Below, piece after piece: positions 19,528-28,377 of a stretch of 64,000 nucleotides of DNA. This DNA comes from a virus (lineage: Duplodnaviria; Heunggongvirae; Uroviricota; Caudoviricetes). Each line of letters begins with the position of its first letter. Position 1 is the first letter of the stretch. The position numbers were made by a program, and so were the translations under genes. Location of the stretch: IMG/VR virus record IMGVR_UViG_3300009515_000001; one strand, given 5' to 3'. The notes under the pieces were generated by a model, which saw only the letters and a program-made list of their open reading frames with translations, ran no database searches and was not told the DNA's origin.

Positions 19528-19560
19528 TCTTTTTAATAAGAGTTTTATCTAAAATAAATA

Positions 19561-19845
19561 TTGGTCATACACAAAAACGATTCATTCAATCCAAAGCGTA
19601 GGCAAGTAAATTCAAGGCTAAGAAGGCTGAAACTACTAAATAGAAAAAAGACAAACAAGCTTAGAAAAATAGAAAGAAAGCAAAGAAAGACATTCAATAA
19701 AACACTAAGAAAAAGAGTACCAGGAGAAAGATCCATTATTAACGGAAACAACTCATTAGATCGGGGAGCAACCATGCTATCAAAAAGAGTTGAGAAACAA
19801 ACCAAAAATATAGAACTAAAAATGAGTAAAATTAAATTTCTTTAG
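19561..19845 (+). CDS. K/R-rich basic protein
   Basis: TTG start about 25 nt after the TCTTTTTAATAAG box variant at 19525. Confidence 0.4.
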   Translation: MVIHKNDSFNPKRRQVNSRLRRLKLLNRKKTNKLRKIERKQRKTFNKTLRKRVPGERSIINGNNSLDRGATMLSKRVEKQTKNIELKMSKIKFL

Positions 19846-19914
19846 ATCGCACAAAAATGTCAAAATAGATCGACAATATCCTTAATACAAATGTATTATA
19901 AATTGTAGATCTCT

Positions 19915-20586
19915 ATGAATAAAAAGCAACGAGATGATGAATATGATAAATTATATGATAAACAACATGGTGAATATTGTAATGGATGTGGTGCAATTCC
20001 ACACCCAACCGTAGCAAAGTACAAACAACCAAAATCAACATTAGAACCATTTTATATTGTATCAAAAAAAGGAAAATTTCTACCATTAGAAATAGATCAT
20101 ATTGATGGTGATTCATTAAACATTATTTTAGAAAATGAGCAATTCATGTGTCCAAGTTGTAATAATATCAAAAAACCAAGAAAAAGAATGGAATTATCAG
20201 AAAGGCCAAAGACAGCAGAAATGCAAAGAGGTGATTTACAAGAGGACAATTACAGATCATGGTTGAACAGGCAGGTTGCACATGAAAGAGATTTCATAAC
20301 AGATGAAGAAGCAATTTATGGTGGTGCAGAATGGCTAACAAATTTTTCAGCGGGAGAAACAATATCCCCAGTAACAACAAGAAGATATTTGAAAAAACTC
20401 ACATCTTCGGTTGGAATATATTATTGGTATAAGGGATTCATAGGTTTAAAATCAAAGTTGGTAAACCTAGAGGAATACCTTAATGAGGTTCAAAGAAAAA
20501 AAGGTAGAAAAGTTAAAAAACTTGAAGAGTTTGTAGAAGCATATCAAAAAGATTTTGGACCATTAAATAATATTGATGAAGATTAG
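19915..20586 (+). CDS. HNH endonuclease
   Basis: HGEYCNGCG...EIDHIDGDSLN...N...MCPSCNN (Zn ligands plus H-N-H catalytic core). Confidence 0.7.
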   Translation: MNKKQRDDEYDKLYDKQHGEYCNGCGAIPHPTVAKYKQPKSTLEPFYIVSKKGKFLPLEIDHIDGDSLNIILENEQFMCPSCNNIKKPRKRMELSERPKTAEMQRGDLQEDNYRSWLNRQVAHERDFITDEEAIYGGAEWLTNFSAGETISPVTTRRYLKKLTSSVGIYYWYKGFIGLKSKLVNLEEYLNEVQRKKGRKVKKLEEFVEAYQKDFGPLNNIDED

Positions 20587-20679
20587 TCTAAGGCAAATCT
20601 AATGCAATTTTAAATCCGTACATGTTTTCAGGCACAAAAGTCTAAGGCAAATTAGCCTTGTGTGTGAGCTCGTAATAAT

Positions 20680-20769
20680 ATGCAGTATCAATGTGGCAAG
20701 TGCAAGAGGTTATTCGTATTTGAGTGTGATTACTATAAACATTGGGATAAGTGTGATCGCAAAAAATGA
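20680..20769 (+). CDS. 29-aa zinc-finger peptide inside a repeat-bounded cassette
   Basis: MQYQCGKCKRLFVFECDYYKHWDKCDRKK; flanked by direct and inverted repeats. Confidence 0.3.
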   Translation: MQYQCGKCKRLFVFECDYYKHWDKCDRKK

Positions 20770-20883
20770 AATTGCCTTCGACTTTGCATTAGACTTGTAG
20801 CCGACAGCCTCGACTTTGTGTGTGTGTGAGCTCCAAAAACGAGATCGCAAGAGAAAAGGTTTACCTATTGATTAAAATATAAT

Positions 20884-21111
20884 TTGGTAGATAGTAAAAA
20901 AATGGAAGATGACGAGTATATTAATGATGAAAACGATCCACAAAAAGTTGAGTTGATAACAGACCAAAACGATCCTGAAAAAGTAGAAGTTATAAAAAAC
21001 GATAGAAGAATCCATACGACTTCGATTGGTGACGAATTAATAGGTTCTGGTTCAGATATTATCAAACCAAAAAACAAAAAAGAAGGATCAAGGTCATGGT
21101 TTAACCTATGA
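20884..21111 (+). CDS. small acidic protein
   Basis: ORF track. Confidence 0.4.
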   Translation: MVDSKKMEDDEYINDENDPQKVELITDQNDPEKVEVIKNDRRIHTTSIGDELIGSGSDIIKPKNKKEGSRSWFNL

Positions 21112-21362
21112 GTTTATTTTCAAAAGACGATTATCTTAACGACACGAAAAGAGAAACTGGCAAAAAAAACAACAGGATAATCCAAAAGAAAACAAAACTC
21201 CCAACAAATCTGAAAACAAAATTTTCAGTTTGTCCTAGATGTAGTAAGGTAAAGTATGTAAGGAAAAAAGAATACTGTTTTAATTGCAAGTTTAGGTTTA
21301 CACCAGAAAAAGAGTTAGAATGGAGAAAACCAAGATTCAAAAAACCAAGATTCAAAACCTAA
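21108..21362 (+). CDS. zinc-ribbon protein
   Basis: CPRCSK...CFNC motif. Confidence 0.45.
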   Translation: MSLFSKDDYLNDTKRETGKKNNRIIQKKTKLPTNLKTKFSVCPRCSKVKYVRKKEYCFNCKFRFTPEKELEWRKPRFKKPRFKT

Positions 21363-21371
21363 AAAAATAGA

Positions 21372-21590
21372 CTAAGCAAGCTGTTTGACTTGCTTGTTTT
21401 TTCGTCTGTTGACGACTTTAACAATTAGTGCTAGGATACCAAATCCAACCCATATTTTTGCAACATCGAAGCTATTTGCACCAACTTCATAGAAAACATT
21501 CCCTGTTCCAAAGGAATAGAAGAATGGTGTAGCTATCCACCCTACTGATGCAATTGCTAGTATGATACCTAGTATTGCTAATTTTCGCAT
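21372..21590 (-). CDS. small 2-TM membrane protein (one of only two minus-strand CDSs called)
   Basis: Non-overlapping ORF with two clean hydrophobic helices. Confidence 0.4.
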   Translation of the reverse strand: MRKLAILGIILAIASVGWIATPFFYSFGTGNVFYEVGANSFDVAKIWVGFGILALIVKVVNRRKNKQVKQLA

Positions 21591-21689
21591 AGTTTTTGAA
21601 ACCAGAAATATGGTATATTAGATCGTGTATCTGCATTTGAACGCACATTGGTTTACCTTAACCTTAAATAGATCATATAATCATTTTTT

Positions 21690-22304
21690 GTGTTGGGAAA
21701 GTCAGAACAGTGGGATAAGAAAGAAATGGGAGAGTTGTCAATGACGATGATCTGCAAACATATTATAAAAAAAAGTATTCCGCCAGACGAATCTTATTTT
21801 CCAGAATCATTGGTCTGTAAAAAATGCTCAAAAAAGATGGAAAACGAATCTTTGACAACTGAAGAGCAGATCAAAGATGTTGTATTGGTATGTACTGATT
21901 GTGTTTCAAAGGAAATTAGGGATAGAAGTTATTGGAGAACTTGGTATCAATACAAGTTAAAAAAATTCAAAGAGTATGGGTTTGATTCGATTCCATGTAT
22001 GGAAGATCTAAAATCACACCAACCTTTGTTTGATCGTGAATGTGGTGTTTGTAACAACATAGAAAGTCCAAAGAATTGGCATATTGAAGATCCTGGCAAA
22101 CCAGATGAATTTGGCTGTTATATCAAACAGTACTTTCATTGTAAAAAATGTATAAATGAAAAACCAAAAGACCAATCAGCTTCTGAATGGGCTAGATTAA
22201 ACGCAGGGTTTACCGCAAAAGGATTGGAAATTTGGTGTAATAGACACAATATCTCAATAATTCATTTAGATTTCAAGGGAAACAAACCAGAATTTGTTAG
22301 TTAA
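21690..22304 (+). CDS. Cys-rich protein with multiple zinc-finger-like clusters
   Basis: CKKCSKK, CTDC, CGVCNN and CKKC clusters. Confidence 0.55.
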   Translation: MLGKSEQWDKKEMGELSMTMICKHIIKKSIPPDESYFPESLVCKKCSKKMENESLTTEEQIKDVVLVCTDCVSKEIRDRSYWRTWYQYKLKKFKEYGFDSIPCMEDLKSHQPLFDRECGVCNNIESPKNWHIEDPGKPDEFGCYIKQYFHCKKCINEKPKDQSASEWARLNAGFTAKGLEIWCNRHNISIIHLDFKGNKPEFVS

Positions 22305-22435
22305 GTTTTTTAATATTAGAAAGGATCTTATTAATGGAGAGGTTTAGTAACCCAATTAGCCCCAATTAATAGTGGAAAATCTGCTAAATTCCCCCTCTCC
22401 AAATCTTTTATTAAACCTGAAAACAATCAAAAGAT

Positions 22436-22558
22436 ATGTCAGCCCAACCAGCAACTGGAAGAAGAAATCCATTAACAAAACCTGTCTGTCCTACCTGTGG
22501 TAAACCAGTTCGATCAAACGTATTATGTCCTACATGTGCAATTGCAAGAAAAAAGTGA
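22436..22558 (+). CDS. 40-aa zinc-ribbon peptide (CPTCGKP...CPTC)
   Basis: Read from sequence; preferred over overlapping minus ORF 22411-22632. Confidence 0.35.
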   Translation: MSAQPATGRRNPLTKPVCPTCGKPVRSNVLCPTCAIARKK

Positions 22559-22955
22559 TCCGATGGCAAAAAACCTGTTGAAAACTCCTTCGGCTTACAG
22601 AAAAAAAGTAAGAATGGATGCCAGTCAAACAATCGCTAGTGGAAATTAACTAATAGAAAAATTTAAAAAATATTTTATTTACTACAAACTATGGCAAAAA
22701 AACTTGGTAAGCAAAAGATTTTCCGAAAAAAACAGGTTGAACATATCAACAAATTCGACAAGGTAGCAAGAGTATCACCTTAATTGCAACATGGAATGTC
22801 CTAAATGTAATTATGATGGGGGAAAATATGGGCATACTAAACAATTAAATCCTGAAAATCCTTTTAATTGGATTTGTTCTTCTTGTGGTTTCACATTTGG
22901 TAAAAAGGTTTTTGGTAATCAGAATCCTTAACTAACAACTGTTTCATAGAAAAAT

Positions 22956-23180
22956 ATGAAGCATTTGAATGAGAATTTAGAACCGATATGTGAAAAACAT
23001 ATTCAACATGATTTTTTAATAGACGATGGGTGTCCATTTTGCGGTGGAGAAATGTTTGGTCCTTGTGAGTGTTGTGAACAGTATTTTTGTCATGGAAAAT
23101 GTGAGATGCCTGTATATGATGACGATGATCTTAAGGAAGCTGATAACCTTCACATTAAATTCAAGAATAATTTAAAATGA
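22956..23180 (+). CDS. small Cys-rich protein
   Basis: CPFCGG...CECCEQYFCHGKC. Confidence 0.4.
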   Translation: MKHLNENLEPICEKHIQHDFLIDDGCPFCGGEMFGPCECCEQYFCHGKCEMPVYDDDDLKEADNLHIKFKNNLK

Positions 23181-23427
23181 AAAAACCAAAAATTAGCAGG
23201 ATAGATACTTTTCTTTGGGGAATGATAGCTGGAATGATCTAGATTGTTCAATAATTGGAAATCTACAAAAAATTCTTAAACATCTAGATCGAATGTGAAA
23301 AACTCTACAATTTCTAAAAACAACAAAATGAAAACGTATCTTGAAAGATTAATGGTTAATAATGATCTAAAAATACCAAAAAAATGGAAATAATAATACT
23401 TAAAAAGAAAGATGTTTTATAATTATT

Positions 23428-23940
23428 ATGGAGTTACAGACAACTGAAAGTGAACTTCCTGCTCTTGGTTGGGAAACTCCTGAAAAGAGATTAGAGAATA
23501 GTTATTCAAAATGTAGAATGAACCAATATGTCGATGGTCATTATGCAAAATATGAAAATGGAAAACTTAGTGTCTGTGGAATTGGTTGGGCATTAAAGGC
23601 GGCTGGTTGGACTGATCAAGAATTAAAAGCAGATCAAAATATTGGATGTTTAATCAAAAGTATAACAAGTTACAAAGATCCTAGTAAGGCACTTGATGAG
23701 TATGGTTTTTCAAAAGAAGTAGCTAAAAAACAAAGAACATGCCCAATGCCTGATTGTGTTCATACAGGTCGATTACGACACATGCTAGAACATCTTAACG
23801 AATCTCATCGTATTCCAATCCCAAATATAGGAAAACTTATTCCATTAATTCTAAAAGAAAATACAAAACCAAAGACAACGATAGCCGATCACTTGGTAGC
23901 ATTAAAAAAAGATATTAAACAATTAATTCTAGCAAAATAA
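23428..23940 (+). CDS. hypothetical protein with C-terminal C2H2-like zinc finger
   Basis: CPMPDC...HMLEH motif. Confidence 0.5.
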   Translation: MELQTTESELPALGWETPEKRLENSYSKCRMNQYVDGHYAKYENGKLSVCGIGWALKAAGWTDQELKADQNIGCLIKSITSYKDPSKALDEYGFSKEVAKKQRTCPMPDCVHTGRLRHMLEHLNESHRIPIPNIGKLIPLILKENTKPKTTIADHLVALKKDIKQLILAK

Positions 23941-24504
23941 GTGCCAAAAGATCTTATAAAGAAAATTAAAGACCAGTTCAAGACAACAGTTCCAGAAGAT
24001 TATGAATTAGAATTTGATATTTGTATGAAGTGTGGTAGAAGATTAGAGGACAAAAAACTTTCAACCTTAAGAAAACATCAAGAAAAGAATCACCCAATAG
24101 TTAGAAAACACAAGTTAAAAGAAATATTTTTCAAATATCCAGTAACATCGGTTGTAGTCTTAATGGTATCGGCTGTAATTTTTTTTGGATATGTTTTAGA
24201 TCCAGTCTTAGAATCTGTTTTAATTCAGTTGGGAGTAACAATGCCTGAACAAATTGATACAGTAAAATGCAGTGATGATGTTAGAGCATTAAAGGAACAA
24301 ATCTATTCATCAAAGGGATTTACTTCTGAACATACTGATGAATTTAATAGGCTTTTAACTGAATGTAATGTTAATTTTTTCGCAGTAACTAGGGAAGTTC
24401 CAATTTACGAACAAGAAAACTATAATCCAGACAAGGATTTTCTTTCACCAGTATTTGAAGATGGGGAAGAAATTCTTAACAGACCACAAAATCCAGAACC
24501 ATGA
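23941..24504 (+). CDS. C2H2-like zinc finger plus TM protein
   Basis: CMKCGRR...HQEKNH; one TM helix. Confidence 0.5.
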   Translation: MPKDLIKKIKDQFKTTVPEDYELEFDICMKCGRRLEDKKLSTLRKHQEKNHPIVRKHKLKEIFFKYPVTSVVVLMVSAVIFFGYVLDPVLESVLIQLGVTMPEQIDTVKCSDDVRALKEQIYSSKGFTSEHTDEFNRLLTECNVNFFAVTREVPIYEQENYNPDKDFLSPVFEDGEEILNRPQNPEP

Positions 24505-25427
24505 AGATTCTATCATTATACTGTGGAGCTGGCGGATTAGATCAAGGGTTAAAGCAAGCTGGATTAAAAACAACACTTGCAATAGATTACGTTGAAGATT
24601 GTTGCAAGACAATAAAACTGAATCACCCCGATTGCGAAGTGATCTGTGGTAAGGTTTCAGACTATAAGGAATCTTTATCAAACTTTGATGTTATCGTTGG
24701 CGGTCCACCATGTCCTGAATTTTCAAATGCAAAAACAAACAAAACATTTGATCCAACAGAAGTAAATCATTTTTGGGATATAGTAGATAAGATAAAACCA
24801 AAACATCATTTGATGGAAAACGTTCCAGGTGTCATTAAGGTTTGTAAAAGACGTAACATGCTTTTAAATTGTGCCAACTACGGAACACCTCAAACTAGAA
24901 TAAGGCGGTTCTTTACAAACCTTCCAGCACCGGTTGAAACTCATTCTGAATTTCCGTCAAAAAAATTATTTGAGGGAGAAACAAAAAAATGGGTTTCAGT
25001 AAAGGATGCTTTAGGTATCGAGGGAACAATAGAAGATCGAAAGACTAGCTTCGGAGAAGGATTAAGAAAGTACAATGTAGAAAACCCATCAATAACATTG
25101 TTGGCTGATTCAAGATTATGGATCACACCAACAGGATTTAAGAAAAAAAACGAGAAGATGATCTCAAGATCCATAGATGAACCAGCACAAACGATCTTGG
25201 TTGCAGGATCATTCATGGTAACAGACAAACCACTTCACTCGGAAAAATATATCAAATACAAAAATGAAAACTACCAAAGTCGGAAGCTTACAAACGAAGA
25301 ACTGAAAATATTACAGGGATTCCCAAAGGAATACAAGTTTGTCGGTAATATTCAAAGTATAAAGCGGCAGATCGGAAACGCTGTTCCGTCACAGATAATA
25401 GAATCCTTTTTCAGACAAATAGCATGA
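24501..25427 (+). CDS. DNA (cytosine-5)-methyltransferase
   Basis: Motif I LYCGAGG, IV GGPPCPEFS, VI ENVPG, VIII QTRIRRFF, X GNAVP. Confidence 0.8.
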   Translation: MKILSLYCGAGGLDQGLKQAGLKTTLAIDYVEDCCKTIKLNHPDCEVICGKVSDYKESLSNFDVIVGGPPCPEFSNAKTNKTFDPTEVNHFWDIVDKIKPKHHLMENVPGVIKVCKRRNMLLNCANYGTPQTRIRRFFTNLPAPVETHSEFPSKKLFEGETKKWVSVKDALGIEGTIEDRKTSFGEGLRKYNVENPSITLLADSRLWITPTGFKKKNEKMISRSIDEPAQTILVAGSFMVTDKPLHSEKYIKYKNENYQSRKLTNEELKILQGFPKEYKFVGNIQSIKRQIGNAVPSQIIESFFRQIA

Positions 25428-25720
25428 CGATAATAAAAACAAGTAAGGAATGGCAACTTTTCACCTTTATCCCATTTATCATAGGTGCAATATTTAGTGG
25501 TGTTGTGATCCCTATTTTTTGGATTTTAGAAATTATTCCAACATGGAGTTTGTTTTTTTTGGGTATAATTCCATTGATAATAGGATTATTTATTACAGAT
25601 GTTTTTAGACATTTAGAATACAAACCAGGTGAACCAAGCAGAAAATGTCACCAATGTGGTTTGGATGTTTATGTTTCTAGTATGGAAGAACATCTAAAAT
25701 TTTGTGGTGAATACAACTGA
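25424..25720 (+). CDS. membrane protein with C-terminal zinc-binding motif
   Basis: Two TM helices plus CHQCG...HLKFC. Confidence 0.45.
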   Translation: MTIIKTSKEWQLFTFIPFIIGAIFSGVVIPIFWILEIIPTWSLFFLGIIPLIIGLFITDVFRHLEYKPGEPSRKCHQCGLDVYVSSMEEHLKFCGEYN

Positions 25721-25919
25721 AAAAAAAATTTTCAAAAGATTTATTGATTGGAATATTTGGAATTCAGTTAGGAATTGCAGGATTACTTTTAGTTATTTGG
25801 TTTTTCTTAGAGTTGTTCAATTCGGTTGGATTACCTGAATACCTAATTATTTTATTTTTAGGCATGTTAATAGTATTATTTTTAGGCATGTTAACTGTTA
25901 GAAATATTGCTGGGAAATT

Positions 25920-26120
25920 TTGAGTGAATACTGTCCTATTTGTAATGAAAGACTTGCAAACTCGGATCATGTTATAAGGTGGATTCACGATATTATCAAA
26001 CATAGAAACTATTGGAAAGGTCAGACAGACGTTATGACAAAGAATCAGTTAAACGAAGTTCTATTTGAGATCATTGACTATTTTCATAAAAGAGAAAAGG
26101 ATGGAGTTGGAAGGATTTGA
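25920..26120 (+). CDS. small C2H2-like zinc-finger protein; 3' end overlaps tRNA on opposite strand
   Basis: CPICNERLANSDHVIRWIHDIIKH. Confidence 0.4.
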   Translation: MSEYCPICNERLANSDHVIRWIHDIIKHRNYWKGQTDVMTKNQLNEVLFEIIDYFHKREKDGVGRI

Positions 26121-26176
26121 ACCTTCGACCTCTAGCTCCCAAAGCTAGCTGGCTATCCAGACTACCGCACAACTCC
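26102..26176 (-). tRNA. tRNA-Pro (anticodon UGG)
   Basis: Minus-strand GGAGTTG acceptor stem pairs with CAACTCC. Anticodon stem CTAGC/GCTAG with loop TTTGGGA. T-arm GAAGG-TTCAAAT-CCTTC; D-loop AGTCTGGATA. D-stem has a C10-A25 mismatch and CCA is not encoded. Confidence 0.8.
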
Positions 26177-26784
26177 GATAGTCATTTGATGTGTAGGGAG
26201 GGCGTGCAGCGTTTTAACGCCACTTGGCAATTGAGAGTTCCCCACACACCAATAAAAGTAATCACATCATAATGTAATAACATCTATGGACTTGATAGTC
26301 TAGAACAGACTGTAAACTGTGCGGATAAACCGTACGGTTTGTTAAAGGATCGTTTAATTGGTATTTTCAGTAATCAGTTCGATCAGAAAGCTGAAACTTC
26401 AGTATTCAGTTTTAACGAATTACCATTAATCGGAAAGGCCGCAACACGCCTGGAGAAACACCAGCCCCTGGGGATTTAACCCATGCGTGGACCAGTTTCA
26501 GCAATTTCAAAATCCAACTACTGAAAATTTCAGTAGCGATCATGGATCTTGGAAAAGGAATATGAAGTTAAATGCAATTATCAATTCAGGAAACTGTTTT
26601 TATATTGCTTATAACATATTATAACTGATTCCTGGTGACAGTACCATTATTTTCACTTTGGGATCATTCAACAGGTGGCTGGCATTGGATGAGATTTCAT
26701 TCTTGCCCCACCAATAACTTTTTACGATTTAACAATGTAGTATAGTTGCTTCTGAATCAAGCGATGTCGAAGCGTACATTCGTT

Positions 26785-26826
26785 CAAGCAGGGGTGGATT
26801 TTGTTACCCCTTGCTTGAATTTTTTT
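26785..26826 (+). terminator. hairpin (about 11 bp, one bulge) followed by T7 tract; terminator-like on + strand
   Basis: CAAGCAGGGGT-loop-ACCCCTTGCTTG then AATTTTTTT. Confidence 0.4.
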
Positions 26827-26916
26827 GTCTAGTTGTTCTTATTACGATTGGAGATGTAGTATATTCACTCCGTTTGATTTGGTCGTCAATCGAGTATTGG
26901 GTGACAACCTAGTTGA

Positions 26917-27462
26917 ATGATCCCAAGTCATGTTTATAACATCTATTTAGTGATAGCAGTGATAATGGCATTAAAACATAAAATCAGCAGACTTTGGTTT
27001 TATTTTAGGGCTGGTTACGGTTTCTATTTCGTTTTTATCATTAGTGGTTTGAACGCATTGATGATCGCATACTTTCTTGTCTTGGGATCAGTAGAGTGTG
27101 AAGCTGGTCAACCTTTGGAACAGACAGGTAGATACATCTGTGCAATACGATGGATGTTCCCAACATTTGCCCACTTTGTTGTTGGGGCTATTGCAATAGG
27201 ATTTCCTTTGCTAATGACAGTTGGTTATTTTCATTATCAAAAAAACCAATATGGAACTCATGCACATGTTAACTGGACAACAAATCCATACCAAAAAATT
27301 ACACTTCAACTATTTCTAGAGTTGATAGCTGAAATGAAAAAAGAAGAGCTGAATGAAGAACGGAGAAAAAGGTTTGAAGAAATGGAAAATAAAATTATAG
27401 ATTTCTTAGAAGATAAAAGGTTACAGGACAAACCAGAAGATGAACTCTTTAAACAATTCTAA
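26917..27462 (+). CDS. membrane protein (4 TM) with charged coiled C-terminus
   Basis: ORF track. Confidence 0.5.
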   Translation: MIPSHVYNIYLVIAVIMALKHKISRLWFYFRAGYGFYFVFIISGLNALMIAYFLVLGSVECEAGQPLEQTGRYICAIRWMFPTFAHFVVGAIAIGFPLLMTVGYFHYQKNQYGTHAHVNWTTNPYQKITLQLFLELIAEMKKEELNEERRKRFEEMENKIIDFLEDKRLQDKPEDELFKQF

Positions 27463-27757
27463 AAAGAAAAAATGCAGAATTAGTGGGCATATTCATTTAA
27501 AAAATGGGGTGTGTGCTGAACTATTATGATCAAAGTTGATGGCGGTTTCATCTGTACGAGATGTAACCCAAGTGTTTTTATCGCAACAAAAAAACTTGAA
27601 CAACATATTAAGGAGTATCATTTCAAGGAGTGAATGGATGTTGAATACTGTAAGATATGTGGTAATCAATTAATGGGCGAATGTTGTGTTTGTGACAAAT
27701 GTTACCTTGATTCTAATTGACAAAAATTCATATTAATAATTTCAGACTACCAAAAAC

Positions 27758-27913
27758 ATGCTATTTAGAAAGTGTAAGGGTTGTAACAAAAGAATGATCG
27801 TTGGAATGTTTTGTAGGGAATGTGCTGAATCATTGGCTATTTGGGTTTATTCAAACGAGATCAGAAAAGAAGATCTAGAGAAACTTATTCATTATTACAA
27901 GACTAAAAAATAG
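27758..27913 (+). CDS. 51-aa zinc-ribbon peptide, representative of 4 such sub-60-aa ORFs in 27.5-28.1 kb
   Basis: MLFRKCKGCNK...CRECAE. Confidence 0.3.
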   Translation: MLFRKCKGCNKRMIVGMFCRECAESLAIWVYSNEIRKEDLEKLIHYYKTKK

Positions 27914-28167
27914 CGAAAATCTTAATACCTAAAATATCCAAAACAGGTTATGGAACTTCGGGAATCAATAGGCAAATGTTACATTTGTAGCCAGGATATT
28001 AATGGACAGGAATGGGTTTATAATCCAGACATAGATGAGCATTGTCATAGGAGTTGTTTTAATGGCAATAGCTGAAGTTACAATTTCAGTCTTGTTAGGA
28101 TTTATTAGTGGTGTTGCATGTGGTGTTATGGTAATGGCTTTCTGGATAAGGCATAAGGAGAAAAAAA

Positions 28168-28377
28168 TTGAAACTGGACAAGCTTGACAAATTCACAACA
28201 ATTTTAGGAATTAGTGCGTTAATTTTCTTCATGCCGATTATAGGTTACATGTTTGGTTGGGCTGCAACTGTTGAGTTTGATACGATCCAAAATGCTTTTG
28301 CAGATGAATTAATCGAAGGAGTAAAATACAAAGTTACTCTTCACGATGGTATAGATGGTTCAGATCAGCTTAGGTAG
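28168..28377 (+). CDS. small membrane protein
   Basis: ORF track. Confidence 0.35.
   Translation: MKLDKLDKFTTILGISALIFFMPIIGYMFGWAATVEFDTIQNAFADELIEGVKYKVTLHDGIDGSDQLR

Noticed and set aside
22411-22632. 73-aa minus-strand ORF
   Set aside because: Overlaps a + strand 40-aa CxxC...CxxC zinc-ribbon ORF (22436-22558), which fits the local gene style better.
24941-25623. Minus ORFs 24941-25228 and 25411-25623, antisense to the C5-MTase and a membrane protein gene
   Set aside because: Antisense shadows of confidently assigned + strand genes.
26102-26176. tRNA as attL/attR of the integrase
   Set aside because: No second copy of the tRNA 3' half was found in the window and the integrase is 17 kb away. 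This cannot be supported without flanking sequence.
26177-26916. Idea that the GC-rich island is RNase P RNA, SRP RNA or another named ncRNA
   Set aside because: GGAAAGGCCGC superficially resembles the RNase P P4 strand, but the other universally conserved regions could not be found by eye. Left as an unassigned structured region.
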